64,000 bases of DNA from an uncultured Chloroflexia bacterium (GTDB taxonomy: Bacteria > Chloroflexota > Limnocylindria > Limnocylindrales > CSP1-4): assembly GCA_963837825.1 (NCBI GenBank), contig CAWIOR010000014.1:242864-306863 (forward strand), read 5' to 3'. Positions 54,531 to 63,951 of this stretch are shown here, in pieces. Both the position numbers and the translations under genes were made by a program. Each line of letters starts with the position of its first letter. The stretch's first letter is position 1. Below the pieces are notes generated by a model that ran no database searches, was not told the DNA's origin, and saw only the letters and a list, made by a program, of their open reading frames with translations.

Positions 54531-54649
54531 GGGCCCGGCCGACCCGCTCGTGGCTCGACCGTCTTGCTCGTGGCTCGGCCGTCTTGCTCGGGGCTCGGCC
54601 GTCCCGCTGGGGGCCGGCCGTCCCGCTCGGGGCTCGGCCGTGCTGCTCG
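54531..54649. repeat. ~20-bp tandem repeat (gtcttgctcgtggctcggcc), about 6 imperfect copies
   Basis: Direct reading of 54531-54649. Confidence 0.75.
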
Positions 54650-55118
54650 CGCGGCCGCAGCCCGTGGCTCGTGTTGCCGTGGCTGCAACCGATCGGGCAC
54701 AGGTCAGGGTTCCGGGCGGCCGTGTGGCCCGGACGTTGTCGGGTGTGCAACAGAACCCGGCCAGCGGGCCCGAAGCCGGGGACGTGAGCCGGATCGGTTG
54801 CAGCGCCCGCAGCGGGGGGGCCGGCTCGACGTAAGAGGCCGGCTCGACGTGGGGGTCCGGCTCGACGTGGGAGGCCGCCTCGGGAGCTCGCGCGCCCGCA
54901 GCCCGTGGCCCGTGTTGCCGTGGCTGCAGCCGATCGGGCACAGGTCAGGGTTCCGGGCGGCCGTGTGGCCCGGACGTTGTCGGGTGTGCAACAGAACCCG
55001 GCCAGCGGGCCCGAAGCCGGGGACGTGAGCCGGATCGGTTGCAGCGCCCGCAGCGGGGGGGCCGGCTCGACGTAAGAGGCCGGCTCGACGTGGGGGTCCG
55101 GCTCGACGTGGGAGGCCG
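54645..55118. repeat. Tandem duplication with 241-bp period; each unit carries three GTTG-N9-CA(A/G)C sites and three 18-bp sub-repeats
   Basis: Copy 1 ~54645-54877 and copy 2 ~54886-55118 differ at a few bases; sites at 54673/54735/54797 and 54914/54976/55038. Confidence 0.9.
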
Positions 55119-55153
55119 GCTCGGGCGCTCGGCCTCCGGCGGATCGGACCGGG

Positions 55154-56383
55154 TCAGCCCGCCTCGACCCGATCCCGCCCGGCCCGCTTGGCCCGGTACA
55201 GCGCCCGGTCCGCCCGGGCGAGGAGGTCCGCGATCGACTCGTCCGGACCGGTCTCGACGGCGACCCCGACCGAGACGCTGGCCGAGCCGGGCCCGGTCGA
55301 CCGGAGATCGAGCCCGCCGACCGCGGCTCGGATCCGCTCGCCGACCTCGACGGCCACCCGCGGGCTGGGCCTGCGCAGCAGGACCGCGAACTCCTCGCCG
55401 CCGAAGCGGGCCGGGACGTCTCCTTCGCGGACCGCACCGGCGATCGCGCCGGCGATCGCGCGGAGGACCGCGTCGCCGGTGTCGTGGCCGTAGCGGTCGT
55501 TGATCCGCTTGAAGTGGTCGATGTCGACCATCACGATCCCGACCGCGTCGTCGGCCCGGCGACGGCCGCCCAGGAGGCCGCAGAACTCGTCGAAGTAGCG
55601 CCGGTTGGGCAGGCCGGTCAGGGCATCGGTCGAGGCGCGCGCCTCGGCGGTGCGCTGCGTTTCGACCCGCTCGAGCGCGGCGCCCGCCTCGAGCGCGGCC
55701 GCCCGCAGGATCCGGCGCGAGACGGCCGACCACGGCTCGTCGCCCCGGCGGGCCAGGACGATCGCGCCGACGACGGCCCCGCGATCGCCGAGGAGCGGGG
55801 CCGCGAGCGTGTTGGTCAGGCCGAACTCGGTGGCGACCAGCTCCTCGAGCCGCCGGCCGACCGGTCCGCGACCGGCGGCGGCAGCGACATCCAGACCGGC
55901 TGGCGGGAGGGCCGTGGTCGTGGTCGGGTAGCCGGGCCGGGCGGCGGCCAGGGTCGCCTCGAAGGCTCCCGTGTCGGGCCGGTGGCGGACCACGACGATG
56001 TGGTCGGCCCCGGTCCCGGCCCCGAGGTCGGTCACGATCGCCTCGACGATCGCGTCCGGCGTGGCCGAGCGGGACAGGCCCTGGAGGATGCGGGCGACAT
56101 GCTCGGCCTCGGCGCGGCGGGCCGCCTCGAGCGAGGCCACCGAACGCTGGTGGACGCCGGCGGCGATCACGGTCGACGCGACGAGCCCGAGGACGACCAG
56201 GCCGATCGGCCGACCCGGATCGGAAGCCGCGACGGCGATCCCGGCGATGCCGAGCAGCCCGAACGAGGTGGCGAGCAGCCGCCAGGTCGGCCGGAGACGG
56301 GGGTCGACGGGCCCGCTGCGAGAGGTCTCGAGCGGGGATCGCAGGGTGCCGACCACGTCCCCTGCAGGATGCAGTGCGAACAC
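55154..56383 (-). CDS. Membrane-bound GAF-GGDEF diguanylate cyclase (start uncertain)
   Basis: Two TM helices, GAF-like region, DALTGLPNRR, DIDHFKRIND, RxxD I-site, RFGGEEF. Confidence 0.92.
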   Translation of the reverse strand: MFALHPAGDVVGTLRSPLETSRSGPVDPRLRPTWRLLATSFGLLGIAGIAVAASDPGRPIGLVVLGLVASTVIAAGVHQRSVASLEAARRAEAEHVARILQGLSRSATPDAIVEAIVTDLGAGTGADHIVVVRHRPDTGAFEATLAAARPGYPTTTTALPPAGLDVAAAAGRGPVGRRLEELVATEFGLTNTLAAPLLGDRGAVVGAIVLARRGDEPWSAVSRRILRAAALEAGAALERVETQRTAEARASTDALTGLPNRRYFDEFCGLLGGRRRADDAVGIVMVDIDHFKRINDRYGHDTGDAVLRAIAGAIAGAVREGDVPARFGGEEFAVLLRRPSPRVAVEVGERIRAAVGGLDLRSTGPGSASVSVGVAVETGPDESIADLLARADRALYRAKRAGRDRVEAG

Positions 56384-56443
56384 CCGTTCGTCCAGCCGGC
56401 GAAGGGGGTACCTTCGGATGGGGGGCGGCTGGTACGAAGGTCC

Positions 56444-59131
56444 CTACTCGGCGATCCGATCGACCTCCACCGGCCGTCGTGCGGCCCGCGGCCGGCCGAC
56501 CGCCCGGCGCGACGCCTCGGTGTGTCCCGACCCGGTGGCGGATGCCGCGACGACCCTCGGGACCGCACCGACGGTCGGGGCCGCGCCGCCGCTGGCCGCC
56601 AGCTTGACCCGGTACATCTCGACGTCGGCCGTGGCGATCAGCTCGCGCCCGGTCCGCCCGTCGGCCGGGAAGGCGGCCACGCCGATCGATGCGCCGACCG
56701 GCACGACCCCGTGCTCGTCGCTCTCGAAGGCACGCTCGCGGAGGGTCGCCACGATCCGGTCGGCGGCGCGCTGGGCGGCGCTCCGGTCGCTGTCGGGGAG
56801 GATGATCGCGAACTCGTCGCCGCCGTAGCGGGCCGCGATGTCGCTGGCCCGCAGGGTCGACCGGATCTGCTCCGCGGTCCAGGCCAGGACCCGGTCGCCG
56901 AACAGGTGGCCGAACGTGTCGTTGACCAGCTTGAAGTCGTCGAGGTCGATCATCAGCAGCGACAGCGGCGCCTTCGAGCGCTGGGCGCGGACGATCTCCT
57001 CGCCGAGCCGCTCGTGGAGGTAGCGGTGGTTGAAGAAGCCGGTCAGTCGGTCGCGATCGGCGAGCTCCCGGGCGTCCTGGTAGTGGCGGGCGTTCTCGAG
57101 GGCCATCGCCGCCTCGTTGGCCATCGCCCTGGCCAGCTCGAGGGCCGATTGGTCGAGCGACACGTCGGTCCGGCTCATCAGCTCGACCAGGCCGACCGAC
57201 CGGCCCTTGGCGACGAGCGGGAGCATGACCGAGACCGCATCGCCCTCGCTCCGGAGGTAGGCGACCTCGGCCGGATCGGCGTCCGGGTCGGCGACCCGGA
57301 CGATCGAGCTGACCTGCTCCTCGAGGACCCGGCCCGTCTCGGGGAAGCCCCCCAGGTCGAACACGGCCTGGATCTCGTCGTCCGGGACCGGCGGCCAGTA
57401 GCCGAGCGTGAGCAGACGGTCGGCGGGCCGGTCCCACCAGCTGATCGCGCACTCGTCGAGGCCCATCGCGTCGACCATGTGCCGGGCGATCAGCTCGGCC
57501 ACCTCGCGCGGGTCGAGGCTCTGGGCGAGCGCGCTGCTCATGTCGAGCAGGCGGCGCAGCTCGGTCGCGAGTCGATCGCTCCGCCCGACCAGCCGGGCGG
57601 ACTCGACCGCCGCGGCCGCCTGGTCGGCGAGGATCGCCAGGAGCCGGAGGTCGTCGGCGTCGAACTGGCGCAGGCCGAGCTTCGACAGGGTGATCACCCC
57701 GATGACCCGCTCGTCGTAGCGCATCGGGACGCACAGCATCGACTCGTCGACGTCGTCGGTGCCCGCGATCGTCGCCCCACGCGAGTCGGCGTTCGCCTCG
57801 TCGATCAGGAGCGCCTCGCCGTGGGCCGCGACCCAGCCGGTGAAGCCCTCGCCCATCTTCGTCCGGAGCAGGTCCAGGTCGACGTCGTCGTAGGCGCCGA
57901 CCAGGCCCTCGAAGGCGATCGGCACGACGTCGTCGGGCTCCTCGAGCACGTAGACCCGGCAGTTGTGGTAGTCGATGATCTTGCCGACCTCCTCGACGAT
58001 CGCCCGGCCCACCGATCCGACCGTGTTCTGGCGGCTCATCCGGGCCGAGGCGGCCTGGAGGACGGCGAGCTGCGCGGCCCAGCCCTCGGTCTGGGCGAAC
58101 AGGTCGGCGTTGTGGATGGCCAGGGCGGCGTGCGTGGCGACCGCCTCCGCGAACTCGACGTCGGCCGGCGACCAGCGCCGGGGTCGCTTCGTGAACGCCG
58201 CCAGGGCGCCGATCACCCGGTCGTCGAGCACGAGCGGCACGACGACCGACGAGCCGACCTCGAGGATCCCCGCGTAGAGCCCGCCCTCCTGGGCGTCCGC
58301 CTCCGAGCCGTCGTCGACGATCGGCCGGCGATCCCGGACCAGGTCCCCGAACCAACCCTCGTCGGGGCCCAGGACGGGCAGCCGGGCGACCACCTCCTCG
58401 GGGATGCCCGCGGACGCCACGACGACCGCCTGGTCGCCCTCGAGGATCCGGATCGTCGTCCCATCGGTGTCGAGGGCCCGGTTCACCTCGGTCACGATCG
58501 TCCGCAGGATGGCATCGCGCTCGAGCGTCGTCGTGAGCCGCTCGGCGATCCCGAGGACCGCCTGGAGCCGGTCGGTCAGGAACCCCTCGTGGGCGGCCTC
58601 GCTGGCGGCCGACGCGGCCGCCCGGAGCATCGCCGCCCGGAGCGCGAGAGCGGCGACGACGAGGATCGCCAGCTCGGCGACGACGGCGGCGTCGATGACC
58701 GACCAGCGGGCCGGCGCGGGCCCGATCGGGACGAGCGTGACGACGATCGTCCCGAGGCCCACGGCCATCGACCGGCGGCGACGCAGGAACGCCGCCGCGA
58801 AGAACAGGGGCACGGACGCGAGACCGACGCCGAGCGGGTCGTCGGCGCCGACCCGGATCCTGACCGCCGCATAGCCGATCAGGGCGGCGAGGGCCAGGAC
58901 CGTCGTCGGCAACGAGCTGGCCACCGGTGCGTCCTCGCGGCCGTCCGTCGAGATCGCGCGGCCGTCCGAGATCGCGCGAGAGCCCACGGCGACCGGGGGC
59001 TCGCCCGCCTCGAGGCCGACCGCGACCGCACGTCCCCCCTTGGGCGCCGGATCGTCGGTGCGCGCGCTCGAGGCCGGCGAGCCCGGCGCCAGGATCTGGC
59101 TCTCGGACTGGACCCGCATCGCGTCGAGCAT
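56444..59131 (-). CDS. Membrane-bound multi-GAF GGDEF diguanylate cyclase (start uncertain)
   Basis: TM helices, three GAF-like repeats, DRLTGFFNHR, DLDDFKLVND, RxxD I-site, RYGGDEF. Confidence 0.92.
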   Translation of the reverse strand: MLDAMRVQSESQILAPGSPASSARTDDPAPKGGRAVAVGLEAGEPPVAVGSRAISDGRAISTDGREDAPVASSLPTTVLALAALIGYAAVRIRVGADDPLGVGLASVPLFFAAAFLRRRRSMAVGLGTIVVTLVPIGPAPARWSVIDAAVVAELAILVVAALALRAAMLRAAASAASEAAHEGFLTDRLQAVLGIAERLTTTLERDAILRTIVTEVNRALDTDGTTIRILEGDQAVVVASAGIPEEVVARLPVLGPDEGWFGDLVRDRRPIVDDGSEADAQEGGLYAGILEVGSSVVVPLVLDDRVIGALAAFTKRPRRWSPADVEFAEAVATHAALAIHNADLFAQTEGWAAQLAVLQAASARMSRQNTVGSVGRAIVEEVGKIIDYHNCRVYVLEEPDDVVPIAFEGLVGAYDDVDLDLLRTKMGEGFTGWVAAHGEALLIDEANADSRGATIAGTDDVDESMLCVPMRYDERVIGVITLSKLGLRQFDADDLRLLAILADQAAAAVESARLVGRSDRLATELRRLLDMSSALAQSLDPREVAELIARHMVDAMGLDECAISWWDRPADRLLTLGYWPPVPDDEIQAVFDLGGFPETGRVLEEQVSSIVRVADPDADPAEVAYLRSEGDAVSVMLPLVAKGRSVGLVELMSRTDVSLDQSALELARAMANEAAMALENARHYQDARELADRDRLTGFFNHRYLHERLGEEIVRAQRSKAPLSLLMIDLDDFKLVNDTFGHLFGDRVLAWTAEQIRSTLRASDIAARYGGDEFAIILPDSDRSAAQRAADRIVATLRERAFESDEHGVVPVGASIGVAAFPADGRTGRELIATADVEMYRVKLAASGGAAPTVGAVPRVVAASATGSGHTEASRRAVGRPRAARRPVEVDRIAE

Positions 59132-59312
59132 CGTCCCATCGCGACCGCCCCGGGACGCCTCATCCTTGGTACCGGTGGCTACGCCGTCCGTACCATCCTG
59201 CAAGGTGTTCGAGAGACGGCCCCGTCCTCGAGTCGATCTCGCGTCGCGCGCGGGGCCAGGACGGGTCTGGGACGGATCTCGCGGGCGGACGGTCCAGGCG
59301 CGCATGCACGGG

Positions 59313-59636
59313 GTTGCCCGGGGAGCACCAGATGGGCGTCACGCGGCCCCTCCGTGAGGCTCCGACCTCCGCGAGGCGGTTGCCCGCCGAGCATGGCCCG
59401 GCTCTCGCCCCGTCAGGCGGTTGCTCGCCGAGCAACCGATCGGCGCCACGCGGCCCCTCCGTGAGGCTCCGACACCGCGTCGTTGCGGAGGGATCAACGA
59501 ACGTCGTCCGGGCCGACGTCAAACGCGGGTTCGCACGTCCGTCTGTTGCGTGACCGACAACGCGGGGCGGGCGAAGGAGCCACCCGGGCTGACCTCACCC
59601 GCGGGTTCACACGTCGTCCGATGCGCGACCGCCAAT
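59313..59636. repeat. GTTG-N9-CAAC palindrome array downstream of the HTH-nuclease gene
   Basis: Perfect copies at 59420, 59482, 59545 (62, 63 apart); degenerate copies at 59313, 59379, 59620; duplicated spacer cacgcggcccctccgtgaggctccgac at 59340 and 59447. Confidence 0.85.
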
Positions 59637-59661
59637 GTGGGACGGGCGGGGTGGTCGGTCG

Positions 59662-60369
59662 TCAGGCCGGCCTTCTCTCCGGACGCCCGACACCGAGCCA
59701 CATGATCCCGTCGCCGGGCCAGCCGCCCGACGGATGCGCGAGCGCGCGGCGCAGGTCCGTCGACGGGCATGGATAGGCGACCCGAAGGGTATCGGGGTGG
59801 CTCGCCACGAGCGCTCGATGGTGCCGGGTGGGCGGAAGGACCAGGGCTGTGTGAACCCGCCGGTCGGGTGAGACCCGGGCGACCCGCTCACGCTTCTCGT
59901 TGCCCTCCCGGATCAACGCCTCGAGGACCTGAACACGGGTCTCGACCTCGATCAGGACGATGTCTCGCCCACGATCGAGCCGGACGTCGGACGAGCGTCG
60001 GCCTCCGTCGGGAACGGGCGCCTCGAGGGTGGCTTTCCAACTCGGATGGCGGACGCGGAGGATGGCCTCGATGAGGCGAGCGTGCGGCGCGTCGTGGATG
60101 AGCGGCGACGCGGCCGGATACAGGCCGAGCGTGAGGTCGGCCCCAAGGACCGCACCGGCCCGGGCTCGGATCGCGTTCGACACTGCTGGGTCACCACCCT
60201 CCAGGCGGCAGATGGTGGCTCGGTCCACCCCGATCGCACGAGCCACGGCTGCCTGCGAGACCCCGGCCCGGAGCCTCAGCAGGCGGAACTCGTCGCCGAA
60301 CCTCCTGGTCATGGCCTTCAGACGACGGTCGCCTCCATGGATGGCGGCGCGCAGCATGCCTCGGGCCAT
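59662..60369 (-). CDS. XRE-HTH plus PD-(D/E)XK-like nuclease-domain protein
   Basis: FRLLRLRAGVSQAAVARAIGVDRATICRLEGG; then LEAPV...RSSDVRL...VLIEVET; intact ORF with SD AGGAG. Confidence 0.8.
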   Translation of the reverse strand: MARGMLRAAIHGGDRRLKAMTRRFGDEFRLLRLRAGVSQAAVARAIGVDRATICRLEGGDPAVSNAIRARAGAVLGADLTLGLYPAASPLIHDAPHARLIEAILRVRHPSWKATLEAPVPDGGRRSSDVRLDRGRDIVLIEVETRVQVLEALIREGNEKRERVARVSPDRRVHTALVLPPTRHHRALVASHPDTLRVAYPCPSTDLRRALAHPSGGWPGDGIMWLGVGRPERRPA

Positions 60370-60462
60370 GGCTCACTCCTGGGCTTGCTCGTCGTCCCTG
60401 CCCGACGCGTGGATCTCGCCGGGCCGACCACGCACACCGCTCGAGACCTCGCCCGGCTCGGT

Positions 60463-60810
60463 GTTGCCCCCAGTCCAACAGACCGGCCTCACCTCCGACT
60501 TAACGCGCTGGATGTGACGCCGCGCGGCGGCCATGCTGCGTCAAATGCAACGATCGGCCCGAGCGAGCGGGCCGGGGCCACCGCCGCGGGCCGTTGGTTG
60601 CGCCTCGGACAACGCCCGGGCCGCGGGCAGAGGTCGCCCCGGCCCGCTCCGACCGTTGGTTGCGCCGAGGACAACGCCCGGGCCGCGGGCAGAGGTCGCC
60701 CCGGCCCGCTCCGGCCGTTGGTTGCGCCGCGGACAACGCCCGGGCCGCGGACAGACGCCACGGCCTCGGACAACGCCAGGCCTCGGACAACGCCAGGCCG
60801 CGGGCAACGC
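60463..60810. repeat. GTTG-N9-CAAC palindrome array upstream of the HTH-nuclease gene, including near-perfect 62-bp tandem units
   Basis: Starts 60463, 60535 (GCTG), 60597, 60659, 60721 (spacings 72, 62, 62, 62), followed by half-site repeats cggacaacgccagg. Confidence 0.88.
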
Positions 60811-60909
60811 CAGGCCGCGGGCAGAGGCCGCGGGCAGAGGTCCGCGGGAGGAGGCCGCCCCGGCCCGCCCCGGCCCCGGCTCCCACGGGGCCTCGATCCC
60901 GTGAGGGGC

Positions 60910-62283
60910 TTACGACCCGCCGAGGCTCGAGACGATCAGGACGAGTGAGAGCAGGACCAGGACGGCGGTCGCCGCCCAGCCGATCGTCAGGAGGATGCGA
61001 CCGCTGGCCAGCGGGCCGAGCAGCGAACGGTCCCCGGCCAGGAGCATCACGAAGACGAGGATGAACGGCAGGAGCAGGGCGTTGAGGACCTGGGCCGCGA
61101 ACATGACCTGGATCAGCGGCAGGCCGGGGATCATCACGAACAGGGCGGCGAACCCGATGAAGAAGGCGAGCAGCCCGTAGAAGGCCGGTGCCTCGCGCCA
61201 GTTCCAGTCGACCCCGGTCTCCCAGCCGAACGCCTCGCAGGTCGAGTAGGCGCTCGTGAGCGGGACGACCCCGAGACCCAGGAACGAGGCCCCCAGCAGC
61301 CCGACCGCGAACAGGATGCTGGCGCCCGGACCGGCCAGCGGCTCGAGGGCCCGGGCGGCGTCGGTCGCGCTCGAGATCGTCGTCTGGCCGGTCGACCAGA
61401 GGGTCGCGGCGCAGGCGACGACGATGAACGCGGCGATGAGGTTGGTCAACAGCGCGCCGGCGAACACGTCGAGGCGGCTGGCGGCGAGGTCCTCCTCGCG
61501 AACGCCCTTGTCGGCGACGTACGACTGGATGAATGCCTGCCCCCACGGGGTGATCGTCGTGCCGACGGTCCCGACCACGGCCAGCCAGTAGACCGGCGAG
61601 GCGTCGAGCTGCGGGACGATCAGCGAGTGGAACGCCACCGACCAGTCCGGCCGGGCCAGCACGGCCGAGATCACGTAGGCGATCGACACGAGCACGCCGA
61701 CGCCGACGAACAGGTACTGGACGCGGCTGTAGTTCCCGAGGGCGATGAACACGACCACGACGACCGCCGCGACCGCCGCGCTGATCTGGGGCGGGATCCC
61801 GAACAGGCTGAGGGCCGAGCCGATCCCGGCGAACTCGGCGACGGTCGAACCGAGGTTGGCGGCCAGCATGAGCAGGACGGCGAACGCGCCCCAGCGGACG
61901 CCCCACCGCTCGCGGATGAGCCCCATCAGGCCCTTCCCGGTGGCCAGCCCCAGGCGGGCGCCGACCTCCTGGGTGAAGAACAGGACGACCTGGCTGGCCA
62001 GGATGACCCACAGGATCGCGTAGCCGAACCGGGCGCCGACGAGCGAGTAGGTCGTGATCCCGCCCGCGTCGTTGTCGGCGAAGCCGCTCACCAGCCCCGG
62101 ACCCAGGACGGCCAGGACGGCCAGCATCCGGACCCGCCAGAGCGGCAGCCGGCGGAGCGGCTGGAGGACGCGCGGCCGGCGTCGACGGCGGTGGATCGTG
62201 GCCGCCGCGACGGCCCGCGCGGCCGCCCGCGGACCGCTGACCGGCGGCAGCGTGCGCTCGGTGTCGTCCGGCGGCTGGGCCAT
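60910..62283 (-). CDS. NRAMP-family divalent metal transporter, NRMT (Mg2+)-type motifs
   Basis: GPGLVSGFADNDAGGITTYS (instead of DPGN) and GTTITPW (instead of AxxMPH); about 11 TM segments. Confidence 0.88.
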   Translation of the reverse strand: MAQPPDDTERTLPPVSGPRAAARAVAAATIHRRRRRPRVLQPLRRLPLWRVRMLAVLAVLGPGLVSGFADNDAGGITTYSLVGARFGYAILWVILASQVVLFFTQEVGARLGLATGKGLMGLIRERWGVRWGAFAVLLMLAANLGSTVAEFAGIGSALSLFGIPPQISAAVAAVVVVVFIALGNYSRVQYLFVGVGVLVSIAYVISAVLARPDWSVAFHSLIVPQLDASPVYWLAVVGTVGTTITPWGQAFIQSYVADKGVREEDLAASRLDVFAGALLTNLIAAFIVVACAATLWSTGQTTISSATDAARALEPLAGPGASILFAVGLLGASFLGLGVVPLTSAYSTCEAFGWETGVDWNWREAPAFYGLLAFFIGFAALFVMIPGLPLIQVMFAAQVLNALLLPFILVFVMLLAGDRSLLGPLASGRILLTIGWAATAVLVLLSLVLIVSSLGGS

Positions 62284-62298
62284 CGTCCCGGACCTCGG

Positions 62299-63556
62299 TC
62301 AGCGGCTGAAGACGCGCGGCAGGCGCTTCTTCCAGGCCGTCGGGATGACCGTGTCGATCGCGTCGTCGACGGTGACGATGCCGACCAGCCGCCGCTCGTC
62401 GTCGACGACCGGCACGGCGAGCAGGTTGTAGTGGGCGACGACCTCGGCGACCTCGTCCTGGTCGGCCAGCGCGCCGACCGCGACCGGCTCCCGGATCATC
62501 ACGTCGCGGATCGGCGGAATCCGGCTTGGCCACGATGAGGTCGCGCAGCGACAGGACACCGACGAGCCGGTCGTCCTCGTCGGTCACGTAGACGTAGTAG
62601 ATCGTCTCGGCGTCGGGCTCGAGCTCGCGCAGCCGGTCGATCGCCCCCGCCGCGGTGAGGTGCTCCTCGAGGGCGATGTACTCGGTGGTCATGATCCCGC
62701 CGGCCGAGTCCTCGGGGTAGCCGAGCAGCTCCTGGACCTCCTCGACCTCCTCCCGCTCCATGTGGGCGAGGATCTCGTCCCGGGTCGCCTGGTCGAGGTC
62801 GGCGACGAGGTCGGCCGCGTCGTCCGGGCTCATCTCCTCGAGGATGTCGGCCGCCCGCTCCGGCGGGAGGTCCTCGAGGACCTCGACCTGGTTGTCCGGC
62901 TCCATCTCCTCCATCGCCTCGGCGACGGCCTCGTCGTCGAGCGAGGCCAGGACGCCGGCGCGATCCTTCGGCGCGAGCTGGTCGAGGATCGAGGCGAGGT
63001 CGGCCGGATGGAGCTCGGCGAGACCCTGGTGCGGGACCCGGAGCTTGACCGAGGCGATCGAGCTCTCGACCGGGTCGACGTCCTCCCAGTCGATGTAGCG
63101 CTCGGGGACCGGGACCTTGAGGTTGCGGGCGAGGACCCGGAAGCCGCCCTCGACCCCGAGCCGCCGGAGGAGCCCGGCCGCACCGACGTCGACGGCGACG
63201 AGATGGAGGGCGCCCTCGACCTCGTCGAGCCGGAGGTCGTTGACCCGGACGACCTTCCGGTCGTCGATGTCGACGATCTGCTTGTCGAGGAGGTCGGCGC
63301 GGAGGAGGATCTCGTTCGGCCGCTGGCGGAACTTGTCGATGTCGATCGTCGCGGTGCGCAGCCGCGCGCCGCTCGCGTCGAGCGATTCGACCGACGACCA
63401 GGGCAGGAAGATCTTCCGCCGCTCGGTCTCGACCACGAGCCCGGTCACCGGCGGGTAGCGGTCGCCGACGGCGACGATGAGGTCGGCGACCTTGCCGATC
63501 GGCTCGCCGTTCGGATCCCGGACAGGCCGTCCGATCGCCTGGCTCAGGTAGAGCAT
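62299..63556 (-). CDS. MgtE-like cytoplasmic protein (PRC-barrels, MgtE_N, CBS pair), no TM domain (frameshifted)
   Basis: DLLDKQIVD, LHPADLA, MSPDDAADL, YPEDSAGGIMT, GIVTVDD; ends without a membrane domain. Confidence 0.88.
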
Positions 63557-63780
63557 CTGCCACCTCGCGGCGGGATCCGTCCCGCTCGCCGGTGGCACGC
63601 CGGGGGGCGCGGACCGTCAGAGGGCGGGGCGGACCGTGTTCGTTGGAGCGACGCCCGGGGCGTCGCAGCGACTGGGTCCTGGCTCCACGAGTGGAGTCAT
63701 CCTCCGGTGCGTGATCCGATGGGTCTCCGGCGGGCACGGGCGGAGGGCGCGTACGCGTCCGGGGACCGCAGCCGAGTGTA
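63557..63780 (-). promoter_or_regulatory. Promoter and ~220-nt structured 5' leader of the mgtE-N/NRAMP operon
   Basis: TACACT at 63780-63775 (minus); hairpins ctccac-tc-gtggag and gcgacgccc/gggcgtcgc. Confidence 0.45.
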
Positions 63781-63951
63781 GCCGTCTCGCGTTCGGCGGG
63801 TCAACCGATCCACGGCCTCGCGGGCCCAGTGGCGGACCAGCATGGGCGGAGGTACCACCCGTCACCCAGATATCGACTCCGATGCTAGACTCCGCCCGGG
63901 CCGGAAGGCGGGGCCGTCATCGTCCGGGCGGCCTCCAGCAGGAGGGGCCAA

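Noticed and set aside
54645-55118. Integron attC sites (AAC...GTT)
   Set aside because: Ends do not fit RYYYAAC/GTTRRRY, there are no cassette ORFs between sites and no integrase.
59313-60810. CRISPR array (GTT...AAC ends, ~62-bp period)
   Set aside because: Only 8 bases of a 17-bp unit are conserved, the centre varies, some spacers are duplicated rather than unique, and there are no cas genes.
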